Source: Mytilus edulis (Eukaryota). Taken from it: 64,000 nucleotides of DNA. Of the stretch, positions 53,848 to 64,000 are shown piece by piece; within the stretch, counting starts at the first letter, position 1; the number at the start of each line of letters is the position of its first letter. The position numbers and the translations under genes were made by a program. Where the stretch lies: assembly GCF_963676685.1 (NCBI RefSeq), contig NC_092347.1:12834001-12898000 (forward strand). The letters are read 5' to 3'. The notes under the pieces were generated by a model. It saw only the letters and a program-made list of their open reading frames with translations. It did not search any database and was not told the DNA's origin.

Positions 53848-55107
53848 GGTGGTACCTAACACTACAGGGAGATAACTCTGTAAAGTCATCTAGACGTTTT
53901 AATTACGTTGTTTTAAAAATTGTAATATTATAGAAAACTTGCATATGCAATTTTGTAAAATAATTTTGAATGTTAAAAAAAGTACTGCTCATTGTATGAT
54001 TTATGGAGAATTGGGTAGAATACCATTACATATTCTTATTAAAGCTAGAATGGTTGGTTTCTGGCAACGTATCATGTGTGGTAAAAGAGAAAAAATTTCA
54101 TATACACTGTATTCTATATTGTATCAGCTTAGTAAAAGGGGTATCTACCACTCTAAATGGTTGTTAGAAATTAAAAATACTTTATATGAATGTGGATTTA
54201 ATTTGATGTGGGATAATCAAATAATTGCTAAACCTGATAATATTAGTAAGAATGTCAAGAAATAATAAATTTATGTTGAACTGGAGTAATAATGTTATGA
54301 ATTCTGCAAAATGTCTTAATTACAGAATATACAAGTCTGATTTTTGTTTTGAGAAATATTTAACTGTGTTACCATCTGATCTAAGAATGTATTTATGTAA
54401 ATTCCGTTGCCTTAGTAATAAATTGCCCATTGAAACGGGGAGATTTTTTAATATTGATAGATCTGAAAGACATTGTAATCTTTGTAATGCTAACGAACTT
54501 GGTGAAGAGTTCCATTACTTATTCAAATATACCTTTTTCAACAATGTTAGAGCTAAATTTTTACCTTTAGATATATGTAAAAACCCAAATGTTTTAAAAT
54601 TTAAAGAATTGATGAATACATCAGATTTATTCACACTTACTGGAATAGCAAAATTTTGTAAAAGTGTTATTAAAACTTTTTAATACATGTGCTTAATCAT
54701 GTTACTATATTTTGTACTTCCTGTCAAATATCTGTATTAATTATATATACTATTATTGCACTTTTGTTAACCATGTTCTAATGTAAATATGTAAATATGT
54801 TCATACTTTTATAGTTTGTTAAAAAATGTTGTACTAACATACCCCATGTGGGGGCTTTAGTGAAATAAAATGTCTTATGTCTTATGTCTTATGTTGTGTT
54901 GTAAAAGGAATATTAAGCTTCTCAATGATCAAAATTGGTGGTTGTCAAATTGATATATAACCAGTGTAATTTTTCTGACAAAACGGTTGGTTCAAAATGT
55001 ATAATTTTTTTTATATTTTTGTTAAAGTGTCCAAGTAAATACTTTGACAAAATTTTAGGAAAATTAAACCAGCCAAATTAATTTTAGTGAAAGTATTGGG
55101 TACCACC
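53848..55107. mobile_element. Kolobok-type MITE (TTAA TSD) carrying a LINE insertion
   Basis: TTAA(53844-53847)-ggtggtacctaacact ... agtattgggtaccacc-TTAA(55108-55111). Confidence 0.85.
53912..54893 (+). mobile_element. 5'-truncated CR1/L2-group LINE 3' end
   Basis: FCKIILNVKKST..YGELGRIPL and LPIETGR..RHCNLC..GEEFHYLF; AATAAA followed by a (tcttatg)n tail. Same protein type as 10973-11452. Confidence 0.88.
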
Positions 55108-55394
55108 TTAACTCAATCAAAAAACGTAAATTAATACACTATGAACGAATAAATTGGATCTGCGATATCTGAATGTAAATGCACAGTTATTAAAAAAAGC
55201 TAGTTTGATTTTGGAAGATTCCACGGTCCATATGCTGGTTTACCGACTTGAAATCTTAAACAGCAGTTAGTAATTGTTGTCATGTTTTCACAGATTAGCC
55301 TATACATAATAACATTTCAACAAGTATTATACCATTTACAGAAAAACAACATTGAGTGGAAATTCACGGCAAAGTATCCCCTTTTTTCAGCCTA

Positions 55395-55945
55395 CACTGG
55401 AACCCTTATATATTTTAAATAATCATCTTCATACCCTTCGATCGAAAGAGTAGTGGCCATACCTATTCTTAAGGAATGTGACTTGTTATTAGACCCTTTA
55501 TATCCTAAAACAGCCAGTGATTAAAGTACGGCAGAAAAACTGATATCTAGTCAAAAGTTTATCATCAGTGACAAAACAACAGTCCGCCAACGGACGGACT
55601 AACGATGAAATAAGAACTCATGATCAATGCTATCACTAAACAGATTTTAACATAGTATTGACTTGAAATGGTGAGCATTTCTCTGTTCCTAACTGGTCAT
55701 TTTTTGACGTTGCTAAAAAAATGTATCACACACCATATCAAAATTAAAAATAACCTGCATGAATACCTATACTGCCAATCGTTACCCCTCCTACCATGAA
55801 TAAACCATGAAATTCTAATGAAAATGCTGCAGTTACCAATTTTGTTTCAAACTGTGACGAGCACAAACTTGGTACACCTTCAACCTTTACAAAAAGTTCT
55901 CTATTAAGAGGGTATCTCGAGTCCAATTGAGATTTCGCGCGCCTA
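55395..55945 (-). pseudogene. DIRS/Ngaro-type tyrosine recombinase remnant
   Basis: DSRYPL..AAFSLEFHG, LTRYQF, SHSLRIGMAT and YLKYIR motifs across frames. Confidence 0.65.
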
Positions 55946-55974
55946 ACACAAGACGTACACATTGACATGGGGAA

Positions 55975-56345
55975 CATTAAATAAATGGAAGAACACAGTT
56001 TTCCACCACTTTACATTTTTTTTGTAGCACTTCGTAGTACTGACATATCTGATCATTCACGTCTTCACCACAAATGAACTTACAATTATCCACCACCAAG
56101 TTCGGCTGTAGCACAGGCTCATTGTTTTGTTTACTCTGTCTATGACAATACAATTTGCTTCATGTATTGTGGAAAGCATATGCATGTCGCGTTTGTAGTG
56201 GAATGACGGTCTGTATCGGCAAGATTGTTGTCATTTAAATGCAATTTGGCATGTATGTTCATGAATCTGTTTTTTGCCATTATTTTGCTAAAAAAAAAGG
56301 AGTGTTGATTACATCATCTGTGGACCAATAGGCATCTAGGTCACC
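55975..56345 (-). pseudogene. piggyBac-like transposase remnant
   Basis: YWSTD..IMAKNRFMNIHAKLHLND and KKNVKWWKTVFFH motifs; a possible terminus aaggg-TTAA lies at 57395-57403. Confidence 0.6.
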
Positions 56346-56544
56346 TTTGCGAGTTAATCCCATCAAAATGAGTAATTTATTTCTTTTTCAATTTCTCTGC
56401 TAAGTGCGATATTTTCCCAAGAAAGTCCCCCGTTGATTAGCGCAATCGCGACCTGTACATACTCCCTTTGACTCGAACTAAAGTGTAGAGGCCTTCCTGG
56501 TGATATAAACACGATACCAGCCGGCAATCCCGAACAACAATAAG

Positions 56545-57353
56545 ACAATAACAATCAAAACCAAGGAGTAAACAACGACTCACAACACCAAAGCACATTT
56601 ACATCAACAGTTATAAATAATAAATAAGAAACAACACGGACTCCACTAAAAACCGGGAGTGAAATCAGGTGCTCCGGACGGGTAAGCATTTCCTGTACCG
56701 TATACGGCACCCGTCGTGTTATTTCTTTGTTCAGTTCGGTAATGTTGGAAGGTTATTATGACTGAGGAAGAATATCAGTTATGATTTCTGACACACTTTT
56801 TGTCATAGTGGCCAATCAGCTAATGATGGCGATCGTAAAATTTCTTGAGTGATGACCTTAATTTGATTGATTCATAGCCCTGACTTAGCAACTTTTGAGA
56901 AAGCAGTATTCCTCGTTCAACAAAATCAACGTACTTTGAGATAGCTCTAGAGTAACGTCTCAATTAAGACACATATACTCCATATGCTGGTGCCGCTCGG
57001 ATGTTGCTACACAGAAATGAAAAGTTGACTATAGGAAAACTAATATCACCGCGTTTGTCATAAATTTTAGTATTCAACCTACCATCAGTAGTCATTTCGA
57101 GAAAAAGGTCTAAATATGAAGCAGATATATCTGTGTCGGAAGTATCTTTAATTTCAAGTTCACTTGGATATATTAAATGTAAGTGATCACTGAACCTATT
57201 ATTATTAAGAGACAGTACATCATCAATATACCGAAAGGTGAAATTAAAAGACTGGGTTACATATTTCTCCTTTTTGTACAAGACCTTGGAATACTTCTGC
57301 TTCATAGGAGTACAAAAACAATTCTGCAAGTAGAGGAGCGCAATTAGTACCAA
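56545..57353 (-). pseudogene. Penelope-like element RT C-terminal half and 3' region
   Basis: FNFTFRYIDDVLSLNN..IYPSELEIKDT..ASYLDL..TKIYDKR..PAYGVYVS, then frameshifts. Confidence 0.85.
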
Positions 57354-58639
57354 TTGGGATTCAAATAGTCTGTTTATGCAGCGAAAAACGTTGAAAGGGT
57401 TAACAAATTATCATGTGGATGGGATAGCCCTAGCACAGAAAGCCATTAAACCAATAGACGACTCTAAACCATTTACCAGAACCTTTTTCATAGTCAGCAA
57501 GTTAAGTCAGGTTATTTTAATTATGCTGTCAAAAATCCTGACCAACATCTGATCAGTATCTATTTCTAATACCCACCTACCCACCACCAACAAAAAAATA
57601 GTTAAGTAGTTGGTCCGACTGTTTTATTTTGGAATTTAGACATTTAAACCTGACAGTCATTTGTTAGAGCACCTCCAGCTGAAATGAAACCTTCCAGGTA
57701 ATGATCAAGCGTGTCTAAATTGTCAATTGCATCTCTGAGGAGGAGTAGCTCTCTTTCTAGTAGTATCAAAAATATAAAACCATATACTTGATGTTGGTGT
57801 GTGCAAAGTTTAAACAAAAATATTGTAATATACAAATAAGTGTACGTAAAGGTTGGTAATCGTGCAAAAACAATAAGTTATATTCAACTTCGTATGAAGT
57901 ACAATTTATGACCCAGGCAAATGATTCCATTATAAATCAAGTAATCACTTCTAAACTACGTAATCAATTATGAATCAAATAATCACTTATGATTCATGTT
58001 ATCAAAATTCGACAACAGTAATTAGACGATTACCACATTCATAAACAAACGTGTAATCACATGAATCAGACTTGCATACAAACAGGCAAGTATCCAAAAT
58101 TTAACGTTTCAACAATGCACACAAGCTAAAAATATTGACGGAATGTTCTATGGAACTGTGACCGTTGTGCGAAATTATAATTTCGCACATCTCATGGCCA
58201 GGATATATTTCTAAATATGCGCTTCAATTGTATAAATAACGATGCAATAATGTTGATTCTACGAAATTAAAGCCAATTTATTTTGTGCCGTTATGCAGTT
58301 GTAGACTTGAATTCTACTGGCTGCCTTGCCATCTGCTAAATAACCATGTTCGCCGTACACAACCCAATCAAATTGTCCCAATAGAAGAAACCTTCTTACA
58401 AAACATGTGCCTGTAGCTAATCAGAAATCGCGTTATAATATGTTGACCTTTAACCAATGTGCTAAAACTATTGACCTGAAATCATGTGTGCTATAAAAAG
58501 AACAAAGTAAGGTGTGGAAATTTCCACTGGTTGACATCTATACATGCATGACGCAATCAATGGCTTTATCAATTTAGAGAAATTCACCAAAAATATATTT
58601 ATTATACATCTCTGTATTATATTATACAAACTTAACAGT

Positions 58640-59750
58640 AATAACAGATTTGCTGTTTCCTTGTTGGGTTGTACTGTTTTGCATGGCAAAGGTCCACTAA
58701 ATGGCAACGGAGTCTTTTGTCCAACGTTATAAGTAACGGAACTCCGTTCTGTGCTCATAAGTGTGGTGCTGGCTGTTGTAAAATTCGGTAGAGGAAGAAA
58801 TGTAGAAGGACCAATTGCTAAAGTTTTAGGAGGCACTGTACAACTTGAGCTTGGTAAAGAACGAATATTTGATGATGTTTCGCCAGCAGTTAAGCCTAAT
58901 GCTTTAGAAGGTTCAGTGATGCTTTCTGTTAACGTCTGTCCATACGTATCTTATCATTATTATGAACCCGCTGATACAAAAAAAAAGGGATGCTACTGAC
59001 TTATGTCCAGTTACGGCCATGATCTGTGCATTGCAATATGAGTTTTTAGCTAGAACAGTAGCCCCGGTAGCACGGATTGATTGGTTAGAGTAAATTTCAG
59101 ACAAGTTGCACTTCTTGCTCAGGTATGACATGAAATTGCCAAGCGTTTTTTCGCCCACAGGAATGTTATAATACCATGAAGGGTCCTCTTCCCAAAACTG
59201 ATCTTTTGGTCTCTGCCATAATTGTCACACTCTGGATTTAATTTATTTACATACTTTTCAAAGGAGGACACGGGGCAATATTCAGAACCGGAATTTTCTG
59301 GCATTATCCCTGAAGTTTTTTCTTTGTCACTGCTGCGATGGTTTTTTGGCAACTCATCTAAAGTTTTAACAACATATTTTAGCCCCGTCTTCGGATCTTT
59401 TTTTTTACAGAAAACGTGGATTTTGTCATTTGTGGCATATTTTCCATTCCCCGTCGACAAAAATACAGGCGAATATCAAACTGAACTTTATTTTGAGCCT
59501 AAAAGGAGTATTTGGTGATAAATATATTGAGGTATACATTTTTCTTCTGTCCGCTCCGTCAATAGACGGATAATGCTCGACGTCTCCTAATCCCATGCAT
59601 TTAAGTTCTGCCATTGCCGCTTTAAAATTTTCTCTGGAAGCGCTAAAACTTTCATCATTCACAATGTCAATGTTTTTATTGTACGGTGGAGTCTTTAAAT
59701 ATCTATTCAATGAGTATCTCAAGCACTGCAGTTGGGTCAAAGCATGATAA
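58640..59750 (-). pseudogene. Crypton-type (DUF3504-like) tyrosine recombinase, frameshifted
   Basis: Stitched frames give LRYSLNRYL, IRLYFCRRGMEN, CPVSSFEKY, WYYNIPVG, YSNQSIRATGAT and IMAVTGHKS; the upstream end is cut by a retrozyme insertion. Confidence 0.85.
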
Positions 59751-59772
59751 CTTATAATGTATTTCACTATGT

Positions 59773-60146
59773 TATAATCCTGGTACCTTTGATAACTATT
59801 TACACCACTGGCTCGATGTCACTGCTGGTGGACGTTTTGTCCCCGAGGGTATCACCAGCCCAGTAGTCAACACTTCGGAATTGACATGAATACAATAATG
59901 TTGTCATTTTTATAAATTTCCTGTTTACAAAACTTTTTTCCAAAAACTAAGATTTTCTTATCCTAGGCATAGACTACCTTAGCCGTATTTGGCACATTTT
60001 TTGGAATTTTGGATCCTCAATGCTCTTTAACTTTGTACTTGTTTGGCTTTATAAATATATTTGATATGCGCGTCACTGCTGAGTCTTATGTAGACGAAAC
60101 GCACGTCTGCCGTACTAAATTATAATCCTGGTACCTTTGATAACTA
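59773..60146 (+). mobile_element. Retrozyme-like monomer with terminal redundancy (348-nt period)
   Basis: tataatcctggtacctttgataacta occurs at 59773 and 60121; the hammerhead at ~60070-60113 has CTGCTGA (A6 mutated). Confidence 0.88.
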
Positions 60147-60469
60147 ATTAAGTTATTTCTATAACAAATTAAACATCGATGAACGCAGATTAAATGAAAT
60201 CATTCTTAGCCTATCAACCACGTATTTTCTCTTCCAATGTTTTTGAAAATAGGAAGTACGTCACTATGAGTCTGGCGTACTAAATTATAATCCTGGTACC
60301 TTTGATAACTATTTGATGACGTATTTTGTAGCTAAATACCGCAACTATTTTAAATTAACGCAAACACAACTATAAATATAGGCAACCATAGTATACCGCT
60401 TTTCGTCATTCATAAATCGATTGGGAAAAAACAAATCTGGGTTACAGACTAAAACTGAGGGAAACACAA

Positions 60470-61008
60470 TCCCCCGCTGGCGGCCATCTTGGAAAATGGA
60501 TTGACTACAAAGAAACAACATTTGGTCAGCCCCTCAAAAGGAACATTCATGCTATGTTTGGTTTCATTCCATTCAATAGTTCTCTAAAAGAAGACATTTG
60601 TATCTATTTCCCATATGGTCCTATGTTAAACTAAGTCCCCCACTGGCGGCCATCTTAAATGATGGATCGTTTACAAAGTAACAACACTTGGTCAGCACCT
60701 CATAAGGAACATTCATGCAATGTTTGGTGTCATTCCATTCAATGGTTCTTTAAAAGAGGTCGTTTGTATGCATTTCCCAAAGGGTCCCATGTTAAACTAA
60801 GTCCCCGCTGGCGTCCATCTTTGATAATGGATCGGCTACAAAGTAACAATACTTGGTCAGCACCTCATTAAAAACATTCATGACATGTTCGGTGCCATTC
60901 CGTTCAGTGGTTCCTAGAAGAAGTTCAAAATTCAAATAGTTAACGACGACGACGGACGCAAAGTGATGAGAATAGCTCACTTGGCCCTTGGGGCCAGGTG
61001 AGCTAAAC
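60470..61008 (-). mobile_element. Helentron-type element end with ~165-bp tandem units
   Basis: ccc.ctggcg.ccatctt recurs at ~60471, ~60637 and ~60802; (gac)n microsatellite and terminal palindrome agctcacttggccc-tt-gggccaggtgagct. Confidence 0.75.
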
Positions 61009-62237
61009 CCAATTGATGCTGTCGAAGCTTATAATACAACTAGAACACACCTGCGAAATAGCGGGTATTTAGGGCTTGGTTGAAAGTATGTAAACTGTTT
61101 GAATTTCAGCAAAGGTATAAATAGTCATAGGCACTTACAATTATTTTAAGGCCCGTTATATTTTTGCTTTTTGTTAAATTCCATGATTTTCGCGTTTCTG
61201 TTTACCATGAACATTCATACAATATATATAAAGTGTATTTGCTATTAACTATCAATTCAAAGTTCCTTCTTCACGACAATCACTGCTATATTATATAGAG
61301 TCTGTATATATTATAGGATTATAATCATAGTATACATGCAGAATAACGCGATAATAATTGTCCTGTCTCCGAGTAATTATGAAAATAATGTTTAAAGAGA
61401 GGAGTAAAGGGGTCGATATCTGCACGGAAGAACTCGAAATAAAATTGCCATTTCATGATGAACGAAAAATTTCTTGCACGTTGATCTTTTTATCGATTTC
61501 CTGAAACACTATGAATAACGAACCTTTTTCACGGCTACACGCGTACGTGAAATAAAAAGTGGCAAAATGTGTTGCGCGAAAATAACCCTTTACTCCCTCT
61601 TTTAAGGTTTAAAATCGAAAGTCTTGGGTATGACCTCAAAATCGGTCTGATGACGGAAACAATATCCGGACGCTTTTTCTTCGTTTTTCTCATAAAAAAA
61701 CAAAACTAATTAATCATAAGAATGGATAAAAATGCGACTATACATGGTACCTTTAGGACACAGAGGCATGATGATTAATTTATTGTGGAAGGAAGAGAAG
61801 CGACAGACAAAATGAGGTCTTCTCGTTTTAGAGTATAGATATATATTGTTTTCTCTATTGTAATGAAACTGGTAGTAACCAACATCAAATCATACATTAA
61901 AAATCTGTAAAACATCGTCTGCGCATACCCGTTAGTTAACATAGAATCAATATCAATTTTGTGTTGATGCCATGAAAAGTGGCGACGTTATCAATTAAAT
62001 TAAATGTTACAAATAATATCCCATCAGAATTATTATTAATTACAAGGAAGTCTCCAAAATTGTAATATTACCCATCATTTTATTAGTAGTCTTTTAAGTA
62101 GATGTGATTGATTTAAACAACGGTACATAAGTGGTTCCTCGAATTTAATAAACCGTCGGTTGGTGACAACGCTAGTTAGACAAACATTCATTTAAAATGG
62201 ACTTATACAATAAGAAACGAACAAAAGATATTTGATA

Positions 62238-63542
62238 TTATTACATTGGTTGCAATGAATTACATTGATTTCCCAGTCAAATAAAAACCGATTATATCAC
62301 ATGTGAAATAAGCGTGGTTATTTCACTCTCTGACGTCATACAACAATAGTTGTTATCAAGACGTCGATAACGTCGGATCAAAACATGCGTAGGAAAAGCA
62401 TATAGTTCCTTACATTTTCTACATTAATTTCATAAAAAAAGAGCCATTTGCCAATGTAATAAAAAGAATAACTAATCAAAGAATTCAAATAGAGAAAAAT
62501 ATTCAACGAGTGACCGAACAACACATTAATTCACAAATGCGCGTAGCGCATGAGTTAATTATCAGTGTTGTTCGGTCACAAGTTGTCTTATTTTTGATAT
62601 TCAAATACGGCGATTCGTTATACTTTTTATTACATTGGCTAATGGCTTTTTTTTATGAAATTAATGTAGAAAATGTAAGGAAATATATGTTTTTCCTACG
62701 CATTCACAATTTGTTTTGATCCGACGTTATCACCGTCTTGACAACGCCTATTGTTGTATGACGTCAGAGAGTGAAATAACCACGTTTATTTCACATGTTA
62801 AATTATCGGTTTTTATCTAACTCGGAAATCAATGTAATTTATTGCAACCAATGTAATAATTAATTATCACATTAATTATCAGTGTTGTTCGGCCACGAGT
62901 TGAGAACATTTTTCGATATTTGAATTCTTTGATAAGTTATTTTTTTCATTACATTGGCAAAGGGCTTTTTTAAGTAAATTAAAGAAAAAATGTAAGGAAC
63001 TATATCTTTTTCTACGCGTTTTATTTTGTTTTGGTCCGACGTTATCGATAACGTCTTGACAACGCCTATTGTTGTATGACGTCAGAGAGTGAAATAACCT
63101 TGTTTATTTCACATGTGAAATTATCGGTTTTTATTTCACTGGGAAATCAATGTATTTCATTAGTTGAATATTTGTGGATATTTGAATTCTTTAATTAGTT
63201 ATTCTTTTTATTACATTGGCAAAAGGCTTTTTTAAAGAAATTAATATAAAACATGTAAGGAACTATATCTTTTTTCTACGCATTCACAATTTGTTTTGAT
63301 CCGCCGTTATCGACGTCTTGACAACGCCTATTGTTGTATGACGTCAGAGAGTGAAATAACCACGTTTATTTCACATGTGAAATTATCGGTTTTTATTTAA
63401 TTGGGAAATCAATGTAATTCATTGCAACCAATGTAATAATTATGGAATAACTAATGGAAGAATTCAAATAGAGAAAAATATTCAACGAGTGACCGAACAA
63501 CACATTAATTCACGAATGCGCGTAGCCCATAAGTTAATTATC
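62238..63542. repeat. Foldback element with an internally amplified arm
   Basis: One inverted ~290-bp arm, centre gcgcgtagcgc, then three direct copies of the complementary arm. Confidence 0.85.
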
Positions 63543-64000
63543 TAACGCTAAACATTCATTTAAAATGGACTTATACAATAAGAAACGAACAAAAGATATT
63601 TGATATAATTAACACATAATAGTCTAACAGGCTGTTAAAGAACAGCAATTTATTCCTCAGGAATATTCACTTCAAATCATTAAGCTCTAATAAAAAAAAA
63701 AATGTTTTCTGACCTAAAACCTAAATGCTATTATAAATGAATCATTCATCGACATTAAGGGGACGACCATTTGATATTCTGGGGGGGGGGGGGGGGGGGT
63801 AAATTACCCGACTTGCAATGTATTGGAAATGAATAAATCAGCAGGTCTAATCGAAATGTATGAGATGGCACCAGATTCTTCATAAATTCATCTTTTTTCC
63901 AAAAAAAAAATCGGGAAACACTTCCCATTTTTTTTTAATATTAAAAGTATAAATATTATTTAAATATACTTGAAATGTCTGAAAATTGGTTCCATTTAAC

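Noticed and set aside
53234-53889. Overlapping ORFs of 65-108 aa
   Set aside because: They lie in repeat family A, and other copies do not keep the frames.
58468-58999. Ser/Thr/Pro-rich and antisense ORFs as separate genes
   Set aside because: They are best explained as the low-complexity C-terminal tail of the Crypton ORF and its antisense shadow.
63755-63800. Poly-G run as a G-quadruplex element
   Set aside because: It is a simple homopolymer, probably within a MITE end (ttaaggggacgacc); its length is unreliable and there is no further support.
1-64000. Prokaryotic operon or defence system
   Set aside because: Coding density is very low, and a spliceosomal acceptor and metazoan transposons are present. 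The remaining short ORFs are consistent with chance in AT-rich DNA.

Overview
This is AT-rich, repeat-dense eukaryotic DNA. The repeat families resemble those of a bivalve such as Mytilus (inferred from family recognition, not from a search). The only host gene I can support is the last coding exon of a class A, neuropeptide-type GPCR (20019-20760, +), whose upstream exon(s) are not visible. The rest is layered transposon debris: CR1/L2-group LINEs, RTE, Gypsy, Penelope-like (PLE) RT fragments, Crypton and DIRS/Ngaro tyrosine-recombinase remnants, piggyBac, Kolobok-, Harbinger- and Academ-type MITEs, Helentron-type elements with internal tandem arrays, and SINEs. The strongest non-coding signal is a dispersed ~350-nt retrozyme-like repeat carrying a minimal type I hammerhead ribozyme. 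It has about 11 copies or fragments, one with a perfect core at 48903-48946. A second, unrelated hammerhead lies at 45636-45677. The same ~350-nt unit also carries a hammerhead-like motif on the opposite strand (48648-48694), suggesting an ambisense, viroid-like ribozyme arrangement. Coordinates were read by eye; boundaries of degraded elements are approximate.
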